Below are positions 36,732 through 46,585 of a stretch of 64,000 nucleotides of DNA, piece after piece. Source of the stretch: Minisyncoccota bacterium. Its GTDB lineage: Bacteria; Patescibacteriota; Minisyncoccia; Phycocordibacterales; UBA1006. Each line of letters starts with the position of its first letter. Positions within the stretch are counted from its first letter, which is position 1. The notes under the pieces were generated by a model. It saw nothing but the letters and a program-made list of their open reading frames with translations, had not been told where the DNA came from and did not search any database. A program made the position numbers and the translations under genes. The stretch lies in assembly GCA_036405175.1 (NCBI GenBank), contig DASWYC010000002.1:537080-601079 (forward strand), written 5' to 3'.

Positions 36732-36909
36732 AAGTCTTTAGCGTTTTTCACAATAAGAGTAATTATAATAATTACTCTTATTTTTTTATCCACCTTGGTA
36801 AACCTTTACTTTACAATCTATTAATTATTTACATATTTTAAGCAATTTTGTCAATAATCTACTAGAATGGTTCTTGAAGCAACTACCTGTTTCATTCAAA
36901 CCAAAAACT

Positions 36910-37680
36910 ATGAAAAAAGAACTTATCATCATTGTCGGAGCAAACGGAGAAATCGGAACTGAATATATCAACTCCTTAAAAACCAATTTGAATATTGAAA
37001 TACTTGCTGTTACACTTTCAAAACCTTATCACGATCCTTCAATTAACAATATTAGAGTTGACGTGCGAGATTATGAGGCGATTGAGCAGGCACTTGCTCA
37101 CATTAATTTACAAGACTACTTACGCGTTATTTATCTTCACTCTATTGGAACAGACGTATTTGAGTGGACTAACTACCCTCAAAAGCTTTATCGAAAAACT
37201 ATTCCGGAAAGCGTTTATGATTCAAACGTAAACACCTTTAAATATCTTTTACGATATTTATCAGAAAAGCTAAAGCGCACCAATACTGAACTTAAGGTGG
37301 TACAAATTGCCGGAGTTGCTGATAAATATGGATTTATGGTGATTGAATCGTTTCATGAGTGTAAAAAAATCACGAGAGCCTATGCGCGAGACCTTTGTGA
37401 TCTATATCCAAACATTTCAGGGCTTACAATTAATATCACCTCTTGTATCACCAAATCAGCATTGGAAGTGCGTCCTTTTGCGGATACTTCAAAGGGATGG
37501 CTTACACCTCAGGAAGTTGTATCTGAAAGTATTTCTTCAATACTAAGTAGCGAATGTGGATATCAAGAAATAAATATTCTCAAGCCGCTTCCCAGCTTTA
37601 ATCCTCAGGAATATTACGAGAATCAAGATCGTATATATGAAAAGTGGGCTAAAGAAATTGGAATCAAAAAAGCCATGTAA
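36910..37680 (+). CDS. NAD(P)-binding Rossmann-fold protein (SDR/epimerase-like)
   Basis: N-terminal IIIVGANGEIGTEY glycine-rich dinucleotide-binding motif. Confidence 0.5.
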   Translation: MKKELIIIVGANGEIGTEYINSLKTNLNIEILAVTLSKPYHDPSINNIRVDVRDYEAIEQALAHINLQDYLRVIYLHSIGTDVFEWTNYPQKLYRKTIPESVYDSNVNTFKYLLRYLSEKLKRTNTELKVVQIAGVADKYGFMVIESFHECKKITRAYARDLCDLYPNISGLTINITSCITKSALEVRPFADTSKGWLTPQEVVSESISSILSSECGYQEINILKPLPSFNPQEYYENQDRIYEKWAKEIGIKKAM

Positions 37681-37697
37681 TTTCATGGCTTTTTTAT
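37666..37697. terminator. Bidirectional terminator aaaaaagccatgtaatttcatggctttttt
   Basis: Stem gccatg…catggc with A/T flanks, between convergent genes. Confidence 0.65.
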
Positions 37698-38491
37698 ATA
37701 ATTTCTTTTTTAATTCTTTTCCAAATTTTCTGTTGTTTTTGAGAGTTTTTGTAAATACGGAGCGTAAACTTTGAAGGATTATCAATTACCCTATTAACAA
37801 TATCTCTTGGTGTACCAGATTCAAAAAAATCAGTCATCATATCCATCCACTGTGAATCATATGTAGTCTCAATCATATAATCATCAAACAAGTTAAACCC
37901 TACATATTTATCAAGCTTTTCGTCAAACACCACCTGCACACCCAGAGATCTAATTTCCGAGATATCAGCCATCATGGTGTCATTAATAGCAGGAAGAGAG
38001 ACCCAAACGATCGAGTATCCAAAACTTTGCAAGTGCTTGATAAAAAGTGTTGCCTGTTCTTTTGAGTACCGGAAATACATTGAATACGGCTCAAACAAAC
38101 AATAATATCGCTTTTCTTTCTGAGACTTTTTTAAAAGGAAAGCTGCATTGTCCCAAAAGTTATTAAGATCCTTAAAAGTTTCAAATACGAATGACACCTT
38201 GGAGGTGTCTTTAATTTCCGGTAAAAACGCAAGAGTAGCATCATCCTTATAATAAGTTTTAGTGAGTGCTAGGTAATATTCTCGAATACGAGCAATAAAT
38301 AATGCAGAAATAGCTAATATTTTTGCATTTTCGATAATTACTTCTTTATCCTTAAGCTTATTAATAATCTTATAAACACCCTGAGGAGTCATGGAAAGCT
38401 TTTTTGAAATATCAGAAATAAGTTTCTTTTTTATAATTGGTCCTTTTTCGAGTAGCTCAATTACTTCTTTTTCTGGAGAATCAAACACCAT
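37694..38491 (-). CDS. Putative wHTH transcriptional regulator, paralog 2
   Basis: N-terminal …ISKKLSMTPQGVYKIINKLKDKEVI… Colinear similarity to ORF 35250-36041. Confidence 0.5.
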   Translation of the reverse strand: MVFDSPEKEVIELLEKGPIIKKKLISDISKKLSMTPQGVYKIINKLKDKEVIIENAKILAISALFIARIREYYLALTKTYYKDDATLAFLPEIKDTSKVSFVFETFKDLNNFWDNAAFLLKKSQKEKRYYCLFEPYSMYFRYSKEQATLFIKHLQSFGYSIVWVSLPAINDTMMADISEIRSLGVQVVFDEKLDKYVGFNLFDDYMIETTYDSQWMDMMTDFFESGTPRDIVNRVIDNPSKFTLRIYKNSQKQQKIWKRIKKEII

Positions 38492-38616
38492 ATTGAAATT
38501 AGTGTATCATATTTTAAACTCAATGTTTATTTTTTTAATTAAAACTACCCCATACACCACATTAAATGCAAAATTTGTTTATTTTTAAACTATTTATTTA
38601 AAATGGTGCTGTATTA

Positions 38617-38643
38617 TTGACTTTTTCTGAAAGTATTGTGACT
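38617..38643 (+). promoter_or_regulatory. Operator/promoter-like motif TTGACT-ttttCTGAAAGTATTGtga upstream of the 38698 gene (copy 2 of 2)
   Basis: Matches 36147-36172. Followed by tatact -10-like hexamer at 38651. Confidence 0.55.
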
Positions 38644-38697
38644 TTAAACTATACTGTTCTCAGATAAATTATTTACAAACCAAAAACATTTAAAAAT

Positions 38698-39168
38698 ATG
38701 AAAAATATATTAGTATACGGACAAAGAAACAGCTTCATTGAAAATGACCTTAATACAGGCTGGACTATATATGGCAATGTATCAGTTTTTGCAGCCTACA
38801 AAGGCATGCATCTATCAGAAGAAGGTGGCTTTGGTGAGAATGAAGTACAAATAGAGTTCTCTCAAAAAATGTCATCACACCTCTCGCTATCATTATTGAT
38901 CATGCTTCAAGAATATTCTCATTTATTCGACAAAGTATATGTTTATCTTGATGGGGTAAGGTATACAACACTCATTGATGAGTTACAATTCCGCAATATC
39001 CCAGCAGATAAAGTTATATTCTTTATTATGCCCGACAAACAGTCTACACTTAAGAAAGAACAGTATCTGGAGGAGCGTGGGTATGGAAAGTCTGAAATAA
39101 TTGATTGTGACTCGTGTGCGGTGGAAGAAATAGGAATACTTATAAACAATTTTAAAAAGGAGGTATAA
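38698..39168 (+). CDS. Hypothetical protein (156 aa)
   Basis: Clean ORF. Operator motif upstream, strong terminator downstream. No recognisable motif. Confidence 0.5.
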   Translation: MKNILVYGQRNSFIENDLNTGWTIYGNVSVFAAYKGMHLSEEGGFGENEVQIEFSQKMSSHLSLSLLIMLQEYSHLFDKVYVYLDGVRYTTLIDELQFRNIPADKVIFFIMPDKQSTLKKEQYLEERGYGKSEIIDCDSCAVEEIGILINNFKKEV

Positions 39169-39186
39169 AATGAGAAATTTTATTAG

Positions 39187-39213
39187 AGGACAACCCTGGT
39201 TGTCCTTTTTTTA
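39187..39213 (+). terminator. Terminator aggacaaccctggttgtccttttttt
   Basis: Stem ggacaacc/ggttgtcc plus T7. Confidence 0.75.
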
Positions 39214-39338
39214 TACCCTAACCTCAAATATGATATAGTGCACTCATACAAGTAATGATTGTCTTTTCACGGAATTTGCTTTGGCCTCATAATCATATGA
39301 ACCAGCCGAGTGCGTACGTGAGGAGATAATCTATAAAT

Positions 39339-41549
39339 ATGAAAGAAACTGTGTACACATTTACACATCCGCTCTTGGGCACATCGCCTTTGACGGTAAC
39401 GTTTACGGATCTTGCCAATCAGGCAGATTCAAACATTCTTATCAGCCATAACGACACCGTGCTTCACGTTGCCGTTTGTACTGGTGATGATGCAGAAAAA
39501 AACCCAGGATACCTTAACTTAACCGTTGAATATCAGGAGCGCTACTATGCAGCTGGGAAAATTCTTGGAGCTCGCTACACCCGTAGAGAAGGAGCACCTT
39601 CAACACGATCAATTATCGTTTCACGTATTATTGATCGCACCATTCGTCCGCTCATTCCATCACATATTAAAAACTCAATGCAGCTGGTAATTACCGCGCT
39701 TTCACTTGGTGAAACCGACCCAAGTATTTTAGGAGTTATTGGAGCATCAATTGCGCTTACGCACAGTAGTATTCCATTTAATGGTCCCGTATCTGCGCTT
39801 TCAATGATTCAAACAGCACCCGATGCACCAAAAATATATTTTGCGCGCAAACCAGAAGGAACCGATGCATGGCATATTGATAGTATTATCTGCGGTAACG
39901 AGCAGGGAATTGATATGATCGAGGCGTCATTCAAAGAACTTACCGAGAAAGAAGTTGCCGCAATTATTACCGAATCTGAAAAATTCATTGAAGAGCTTAA
40001 TAAGTGGCAACTCACGCTTCCTAATTTGTCTCAAAAAATGAAGTTTGCAGAAGCGCCAACCGATGAACGCATCACCAAATTCTTTGAAGATCAAGGACGC
40101 ACCATGATTGTTGAACATTTATTTGCCAACTTTGAACTCACCACCAAAGCACGTATTAAAAATCTCACCAAAGAAGTCCTTGCAGCATTTGAAGAATCTG
40201 TTGGTGTTGAAGAATTTCCACTTCTTAAACGTTCATTCTTAGACGTTTTGGATACCGAGATGGATGTTGCGCTTCATGAACAGGGAATCAATAATAAGAA
40301 GCGTTCTGATGGCCGCAATCTTAATACGGTGCGCCCACTCTTTGCCAAAGCAGGAGCAGGATTGCCACGCGTTCATGGATCAGGAATTTTTTACCGAGGA
40401 GAAACGCATGTGCTTGCAACAGCAACGCTTGCTGGACCAGAAGGATATTTGTTTGAAGAGCACATGGAGCAGCAACAAGATAAACGATTCTTTTTGCACT
40501 ACAATTTCCCACCATTTTCTGTTGGAGAAACAGGACGCATGGGAGGAATTAACCGCCGCAGTACCGGACACGGAATGCTTGCAGAAAAAGCATTGTTGGC
40601 AGTTATTCCAACTGAGCTTGAATTCCCATACACCATCCGTGTTGTGAGTGAATGCTTGGCATCAAATGGTTCAACTTCACAAGGAACTATTTGTGCAGGA
40701 ACCTTGGCACTTATGGATGCGGGAGTTCCTATCTCTGCACCAGTAGTTGGAATTTCTATTGGACTCTTGTATGAAAATCCTAACAAATATGTTTTGTTAA
40801 CCGATATTCAAGGACCAGAAGATCATCACGGAGATATGGATTTTAAAATTGCGGGAACCAAAAATGGAATTACCGCAATCCAACTTGATATTAAATTGTC
40901 TGGAATTTCTTCAAAAATCTTGATTGAAGCATTGAGTGAATCACGCACCGCACATACAACGCTTCTTAAATCAATTACCGATGTGATTTCTGAGCCACGT
41001 GCACAGCTTTCTGAGTACGCACCACGTATTGAAGTGCTTCAGGTTGCTGAGGAAAAGATTGGTAAGGTTATTGGTCCAAAGGGAGAAACTATTCAAAATC
41101 TTCAAAAAGAAACTCAAACTATTATTACCGTCAAAGACGATGGAACGGTAATTATTTCTGGTTCACAAGATGGGGCAAAAGCCGCGCGTAGTTTTATTGA
41201 AACGCTTACCAAAGAATGGAAGATTGGTGATAGAACTGAAGGAGTTATTGTGAAAATCCTTGATGAAATTGGTGCGATTGTTGAATTTGCTAAGGGAGTT
41301 GATGGAATGGTGCACATTTCTGAAATTGGAAACTTCCGCGTTCGTGCTGTATCTGATGTGCTTAAGCAGGGGATGACGGTGCCGGTAACCATTATTAATA
41401 TTGATAGAGAACGTGGCAAAATCTCACTCTCAATTAAAAAAGATAATCCTGAATTCATTAAAATCAGCGAGGTTCCACAAGCTGCACAAGCACCTCGCAA
41501 TGCACCCCAAAAACCAACTCAACGAGAACGCTTGCAAGAAGAAGAATAG
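39339..41549 (+). CDS. pnp: Polyribonucleotide nucleotidyltransferase (PNPase)
   Basis: Two RNase PH domains, KH (…GKVIGPKGETIQNLQ…) and S1 (…GTVVKI…FGAFVEF-like EGVIVKILDEIGAIVEF) domains. 736 aa. Confidence 0.9.
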   Translation: MKETVYTFTHPLLGTSPLTVTFTDLANQADSNILISHNDTVLHVAVCTGDDAEKNPGYLNLTVEYQERYYAAGKILGARYTRREGAPSTRSIIVSRIIDRTIRPLIPSHIKNSMQLVITALSLGETDPSILGVIGASIALTHSSIPFNGPVSALSMIQTAPDAPKIYFARKPEGTDAWHIDSIICGNEQGIDMIEASFKELTEKEVAAIITESEKFIEELNKWQLTLPNLSQKMKFAEAPTDERITKFFEDQGRTMIVEHLFANFELTTKARIKNLTKEVLAAFEESVGVEEFPLLKRSFLDVLDTEMDVALHEQGINNKKRSDGRNLNTVRPLFAKAGAGLPRVHGSGIFYRGETHVLATATLAGPEGYLFEEHMEQQQDKRFFLHYNFPPFSVGETGRMGGINRRSTGHGMLAEKALLAVIPTELEFPYTIRVVSECLASNGSTSQGTICAGTLALMDAGVPISAPVVGISIGLLYENPNKYVLLTDIQGPEDHHGDMDFKIAGTKNGITAIQLDIKLSGISSKILIEALSESRTAHTTLLKSITDVISEPRAQLSEYAPRIEVLQVAEEKIGKVIGPKGETIQNLQKETQTIITVKDDGTVIISGSQDGAKAARSFIETLTKEWKIGDRTEGVIVKILDEIGAIVEFAKGVDGMVHISEIGNFRVRAVSDVLKQGMTVPVTIINIDRERGKISLSIKKDNPEFIKISEVPQAAQAPRNAPQKPTQRERLQEEE

Positions 41550-41554
41550 ATTTA

Positions 41555-41582
41555 TTAAAGCTCCACATATGTGGAGCTTTAA
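41555..41582 (+). terminator. Terminator ttaaagctccacatatgtggagctttaa after pnp
   Basis: 11-bp stem. Confidence 0.7.
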
Positions 41583-41623
41583 TTTTCTAAACAGATTATT
41601 GCAAGTGCTTTTAAGGTCTTCTC

Positions 41624-41734
41624 AAATCTCTATCATCAAGCAGTCGCGCAGCGGCTGATAATGAGCACATGGTGCGAATATATCAGACCGCGAGCGTAGG
41701 CCCGGTAGAGGCCGCTGCGCGATGATAGAGATTT
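41624..41734. repeat. Structured repeat element copy D (short subtype), downstream of the pnp terminator, at the centre of palindrome aaatctctatcatc|gatgatagagattt
   Basis: Core cagtcgcgcagcggctgataatgagcacatggtgcgaatatatcagaccgcgagcgtaggcccggtagaggccgctgcgc. Inner 10-bp stem gcgcagcggc/gccgctgcgc. Outer stem 14 bp. Confidence 0.85.
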
Positions 41735-41757
41735 AATATGAGCTATAATAAAACCAC

Positions 41758-43113
41758 ATGTTGATCAAACAAGTTTTTATTGTCACCGAATGCAATACTA
41801 CCAAAGCAGAGGATCTTTGGTATCAAGATGTTGCTCGTCATCTTCAGGCGATTTTTGACATTAAATCTTTTTTGATTGATCTTACCCAGGTAAAAACAGA
41901 AGATGATCTTAAAAAACAACAACAAGAATTTGAACTCATCACTCGTTCAATGCGCGATCCGTTTTTAATCATTTCTCACGGCATTGGATCACGCATGGTA
42001 ACGCAATCACAGATACTTACCCGCATGCCACATATTATGGTGGCGCCGTATTTGTATCACAGCTCTAATCATGAGTACGAAGCAATCGCGCAACCATTTA
42101 ATTTTCTTCCATTTGGATGGCCAGAGCTTGAAAAATTTACCGATACGTTTCTTATTGAACTTGGTGGCGATACCTTAATTGACAAAATTTCACACAAGGA
42201 AGCAGGAACGTTGCGCCAACTTCACTTTCATTACGTGCCATATGATGGACACGGTGCAATAACTGGTTCACACAATGAGCAAATTCCTGATATCACCGCA
42301 GAAGTTATGCGTATTATGGTGCAACGTGGTTACGCATTAGAAAATGAAAAGTTTTTGCAATTCAAAAAAGAACTCACCGTGCATCCGCTCCATATCACAC
42401 CAGCTATTGAAATTGAAACACTCAGTCGCGAGCTTGCGTTAGCAACATCAGAAACAAGCCCTGCAGCAATTTCTGCGTTGTTGCGTGAAGCGCGTGAAAA
42501 AGAAGCTTTCTATGCAAAAGTGACTCATGCTCGTAAAGATAAATTTGATAAGCAAATTGCAATCCTTGTGCTTATCTTTGGTATTTTTGCACTCATCATT
42601 ATTTTATTAAACGACACAATCTCATTTACTGCACCAAAACCAGTCACTACTCAAACCGGAATCTATATACAGACGCCATATATTAAAAACGTACTCGCAT
42701 CAAACGACACTGTTTTGTTTGAAACTTCAAAAAATTCACAAGAGATTTTTAATCGCAAAACATATTTAATTGATAAAGGAATAAGTGAAGCAATTCTTGT
42801 AACATCTGGGTTTGAAGATGTATACCTCATAGAAGCTCCAAAATCGCCTCGTACGATTCTTTTTGAGATAAATGACACAACTGCATATCTTTCTCAACAA
42901 GATGATCTTATGCGTGCTTTCTTGCGTGTACCGATGACTGAGAAATTAGATGTTGAGTTTAACCTTGAGCAACAACTCTATTCAATTACCTACAAAGACA
43001 TAACCCTCTACTCAACCTGTGTTTCAGGAACCATATGTGGAATGTCTACCAACAAAGATTTACTCTTAAAAATGAAGTCTGAAATATTTAGCAGCGACAC
43101 GATTAAAAAATAA
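41758..43113 (+). CDS. Hypothetical bitopic membrane protein: ~250-aa cytoplasmic domain, one TM helix, ~160-aa extracytoplasmic domain
   Basis: TM helix IAILVLIFGIFALIIILL. N-terminal domain contains …LIISHGIGSRM… (possible hydrolase-like elbow). No confident family assignment. Confidence 0.5.
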   Translation: MLIKQVFIVTECNTTKAEDLWYQDVARHLQAIFDIKSFLIDLTQVKTEDDLKKQQQEFELITRSMRDPFLIISHGIGSRMVTQSQILTRMPHIMVAPYLYHSSNHEYEAIAQPFNFLPFGWPELEKFTDTFLIELGGDTLIDKISHKEAGTLRQLHFHYVPYDGHGAITGSHNEQIPDITAEVMRIMVQRGYALENEKFLQFKKELTVHPLHITPAIEIETLSRELALATSETSPAAISALLREAREKEAFYAKVTHARKDKFDKQIAILVLIFGIFALIIILLNDTISFTAPKPVTTQTGIYIQTPYIKNVLASNDTVLFETSKNSQEIFNRKTYLIDKGISEAILVTSGFEDVYLIEAPKSPRTILFEINDTTAYLSQQDDLMRAFLRVPMTEKLDVEFNLEQQLYSITYKDITLYSTCVSGTICGMSTNKDLLLKMKSEIFSSDTIKK

Positions 43114-43136
43114 CCAAAAAATTGGTTATTTTTTAC
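43107..43136 (+). terminator. Terminator aaaataaccaaaaaattggttatttttt
   Basis: Stem taaccaa/ttggtta with T-run. Confidence 0.55.
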
Positions 43137-43239
43137 TTTACGTGGATTATTATTGAGCGCTAAGCTGTATCTGGAATCAGTTATTGGTCCACCATGTTTC
43201 CACTTGACTTACCGTCCTAGGTTGCTACAATCACCCCTA

Positions 43240-43542
43240 ATGACAGCTAAACCAAACCCTAAGGGTACTCAAGGAAAAATGACTCGAGAAGAGTTTTTTC
43301 AACGACTTTTAAAGGAAAAAAAGGAGATTGAGGCCTTGATGGCACATTATGGACACAAGACTGATGGGGGAGAATGGGTAAGCAATGTTACTGAAGAAAA
43401 CAGTGGATCTGAGGGTGATGATGCCGATCAAGCTGACCAGTTTGAAACTGAGGCAAAAAATGCGACCATTCTTGCAACCCTTGAGGAACGCCTTGTGCAA
43501 GTTAACGCAAAAATCAAGGAGTTTGAATCATCCGCTAAATAA
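43240..43542 (+). CDS. Small acidic coiled-coil protein (DksA-like tip motif DDADQAD, no zinc finger), hypothetical
   Basis: ORF immediately upstream of the comM-like gene. Helical, acidic. Start at MTAKPN (alternatively MTREEF). Confidence 0.4.
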   Translation: MTAKPNPKGTQGKMTREEFFQRLLKEKKEIEALMAHYGHKTDGGEWVSNVTEENSGSEGDDADQADQFETEAKNATILATLEERLVQVNAKIKEFESSAK

Positions 43543-43545
43543 TTA

Positions 43546-45078
43546 ATGACCGATAAAATTTCATATGCACGATGCTACACCATTCAACCAAGCTTGAGGG
43601 GTGGTAGTTTAGTGTGTGTAGAAGCTGACGTTACCAGAAACTTATTCAATTACACCGTTGTTGGACTCCCGGATAAAGGAGTTCAAGAATCCAGTGAGCG
43701 CATTCATGGTGCACTTAAAAATAGTGGACTTCCGTCACCAAAGCAGGGATCACTTAAAACAACTATTTCATTATCACCGAGCAATCTTAAAAAAGAGGGT
43801 TCGCATTATGATGCACCGATTGCACTAGCATTTTTATCTGCATTGGAAGGATTTCCAATTCCTGGTGATTGTTTAATTGGTGGTGAACTTACGTTGTTTG
43901 GTGAAGTATTGCCTATTCAAGGTGTACTTTCGTTTGCCTATGCAGCATTGCGAGAAGGGAAAACAAGGTTATTTGTACCTACTCAACATGTTGAGATTCT
44001 AAGCATGTTTAATGATTTAGAGATTTATGGATTTTCAACGATTCGTGAATTGGTGAATCATTTTAAAGAGATTGAAGTTATTCTGCCAGCGCACCCTACT
44101 ATATTTAATCAAACAAATAATTCTATTCTCTATGAATTAGGAGATGTTGTTGGACAAGATCATGCATTGCGTAGTTGCTTAATTGCAGCATGTGGTCACC
44201 ATAATTGCAGTTTTTATGGACCACCGGGAACCGGCAAAACCATGCTTGCCCGAGCACTTGCTGATTTGTTGCCGCCACTTTCATATACTGAAGCACTCGA
44301 GACCTATGAGATTTACTCCTATACTCATGAATCTTTTTCTCAATTACCAACAAAAGCTCCTTTTAGAACTCCTCATCATACTTCGAGTTATGTAGCACTA
44401 CTAGGTGGAGGATCATCAGTTCAGCCTGGTGAAATCTCTTTAGCACACAATGGCGTATTGTTTATGGATGAATTTCCTGAATTTGAAACACGTGTTTTAG
44501 AAGCGTTGCGTCAACCGCTTGAAGATAAACAGATTGTAGTAGCACGCGTGAAACAAACCATAGTATTGCCAGCACGTTTCTTACTCATAACTGCATTGAA
44601 TCCGTGCCCGTGTGGCTATAGATTTTCTGATCACAAAGTCTGCACCTGTACGCAACAACAGCTTTTAAAATATAGAAAGAAGTTGAGTGGTCCTATTATG
44701 GATAGAATTGATATGTGGATTCCGGTGCTTCATACATCGCTTCAAAATATTAGCACCGCAAAGGGGGCACCAAAAACTGCTGAATATCGGAATAGTATTC
44801 AAAAAACTCAAGAAGCAATTAAAGAGCGCTCTTTAAATCTCTTTAAAAAAGAACTTCACAATAGTGAACTTTCGCTTAAACAACTACAAATGCTGCCGAT
44901 TTCTGACCGTGCTCGCCAAATTCTGATTGGTTCATGTGAAAAGTTAGGGTTATCGCCCCGCGTATTCTTAAAGATTTATAAACTCGCCCGAACCATTGCC
45001 GACATTGAACAATCAGCATCTATTCAAGAAAACCATGTTTTGGAAGCGCTCCAACAACGCAAGCCACCCCAACTTTAA
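43546..45078 (+). CDS. YifB/ComM-family Mg-chelatase-like AAA+ ATPase
   Basis: N-terminal Lon-protease-like domain. Walker A GPPGTGKTMLA. …LFMDEFPEF… sensor/arginine finger. C-terminal domain. 510 aa. Confidence 0.85.
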   Translation: MTDKISYARCYTIQPSLRGGSLVCVEADVTRNLFNYTVVGLPDKGVQESSERIHGALKNSGLPSPKQGSLKTTISLSPSNLKKEGSHYDAPIALAFLSALEGFPIPGDCLIGGELTLFGEVLPIQGVLSFAYAALREGKTRLFVPTQHVEILSMFNDLEIYGFSTIRELVNHFKEIEVILPAHPTIFNQTNNSILYELGDVVGQDHALRSCLIAACGHHNCSFYGPPGTGKTMLARALADLLPPLSYTEALETYEIYSYTHESFSQLPTKAPFRTPHHTSSYVALLGGGSSVQPGEISLAHNGVLFMDEFPEFETRVLEALRQPLEDKQIVVARVKQTIVLPARFLLITALNPCPCGYRFSDHKVCTCTQQQLLKYRKKLSGPIMDRIDMWIPVLHTSLQNISTAKGAPKTAEYRNSIQKTQEAIKERSLNLFKKELHNSELSLKQLQMLPISDRARQILIGSCEKLGLSPRVFLKIYKLARTIADIEQSASIQENHVLEALQQRKPPQL

Positions 45079-45103
45079 CGTGAGTAATTTTTGATTAAAA
45101 AAT

Positions 45104-45130
45104 ATAGCCAGAATTATTCTGGCTTTTTAT
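45104..45130 (+). terminator. Terminator atagccagaattattctggctttttat after comM-like gene
   Basis: Stem agccagaat/attctggct plus T-run. Confidence 0.7.
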
Positions 45131-45135
45131 ATTCC

Positions 45136-45254
45136 AAACACTTCTTGTGGAGCAGTCGCGCAGTGGCTGATACGAGCGCCATTGCGTAGCTTTGGCGCGA
45201 CCATATCAGACCACGAGCGTAGGGTCGTAGCCCGCTGCGACACAAGAAGTGTTT
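45136..45254. repeat. Structured repeat element copy E (long subtype), between convergent comM-like and M23 peptidase genes, at the centre of palindrome aaacacttcttgtg|cacaagaagtgttt
   Basis: Core gagcagtcgcgcagtggctgatacgagcgccattgcgtagctttggcgcgaccatatcagaccacgagcgtagggtcgtagcccgctgcga. Outer stem is a perfect 14-bp inverted repeat. Confidence 0.85.
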
Positions 45255-45255
45255 A

Positions 45256-46266
45256 TTAACACGCTGTCATCCCAAATGATACACATGGAATTGGTGGACC
45301 GTTACGAATTTCAAAATGAAGGTGAGGACCAGTTGATTGCCCGGTATTTCCTGATTCTCCAATCACCGTTCCTTGTGAAACATACTCACCAACTGATACA
45401 AAGTTTTTTGAATGGTGTGCATACAATGTCTGTGATCCGTTTGCGTGCTCAATAACAATATAGGTTCCATATCCACCACCCCATCCACCTGATGAAGCAA
45501 TGATTACCGTTCCACTCATTGAGGCAACTACAGGAGTTCCAACAGGTGCGCCAATATCGATTGCGCGGAAACGTCCATGATATCCTTGTGTTTTTACTCC
45601 TTTACCAGCAAGCGGATGTTTATACGATGAACTTCCAGCGCCAGAGCTACTTGTTGCTTTTTCTTTCTTAGCAATCTTTTCAAGCACTTTTGGTGTTTGT
45701 TTTGGCTTTACGGGTGTTGCAACCACAAGAGGTTCTGCTCCTGGAACAATGATTTTATCGCCAACCTTAATCGTTCCTTCACCGTCAATACTGTTAAAAT
45801 CACGAATTTCAGATTCTTGTGCTTTATATAATTGTGCAATTTTAGAAATAGTTTCTCCTGATTTCACGACGTGGGTCACTCCATCAACTGGCAAAATTAC
45901 CAATTGCTGCCCAACTTTAAGTGCATCTTTAGCATTTAAACCATTTTGCCATCGAATAGTGTTTACGGTTACGCCAAATTTCTGTGAAAGAGAAGAAAGA
46001 GTATCGCCAGTTTGAACCGTATAGGTGGTAATATCTCCGTATTCTTCATCATCAGGATCAACAATTCCTTCTTCAGAAATTGATTCAAATCCGCGAGAAC
46101 TCAAAATGAGTGGCATCTCGGTTGGTGTTGGCATGGTATCTGCCGTTAAACTTTGTTTTGAAAGTAAATCAACGTGATCATTCACCACAGCATCTTGAGC
46201 CTGTGCCTTACTTGAATGAATTAAAATACTGATTCCAGCAAGCAATAAACACCCCACCCCAAGCAC
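45256..46266 (-). CDS. Secreted M23-family metallopeptidase with two LysM domains
   Basis: Signal peptide. LysM segments (…YTVQTGDTLSSLSQKFGVTVNTIRWQN…; …HVVKSGETISKIAQLYKAQESEIRDFN…). M23 core …HLHFEI… with HxxxD/HxH pattern. Confidence 0.8.
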   Translation of the reverse strand: MLGVGCLLLAGISILIHSSKAQAQDAVVNDHVDLLSKQSLTADTMPTPTEMPLILSSRGFESISEEGIVDPDDEEYGDITTYTVQTGDTLSSLSQKFGVTVNTIRWQNGLNAKDALKVGQQLVILPVDGVTHVVKSGETISKIAQLYKAQESEIRDFNSIDGEGTIKVGDKIIVPGAEPLVVATPVKPKQTPKVLEKIAKKEKATSSSGAGSSSYKHPLAGKGVKTQGYHGRFRAIDIGAPVGTPVVASMSGTVIIASSGGWGGGYGTYIVIEHANGSQTLYAHHSKNFVSVGEYVSQGTVIGESGNTGQSTGPHLHFEIRNGPPIPCVSFGMTAC

Positions 46267-46585
46267 AAGGCGTAGGGAGAAGGTTTTTTTGAAGGTCCGC
46301 CTAGGCGGTACACGATCTTGAGGTGGTTGGAATAAAATAAGCCGTAAATAAGGAAATGTGTGTCACAATACACTCCTTAGCGATTCAGATGGTCGGTCAT
46401 GACGGTCAAGCAGAGAGTTCTGAAAATAGCTCATTTAGCATACCATGCGCGTATTAGCGCACACATCTTTACCCGGCAATTTTTCTATGGTGTAACCGTA
46501 TTTTCATGAATTTTTTCTTCATTTATAAGGATTATCAAAAATAACTGATTTTCTTGTGATGGGTCTGTCTGGTACCATAGATATC

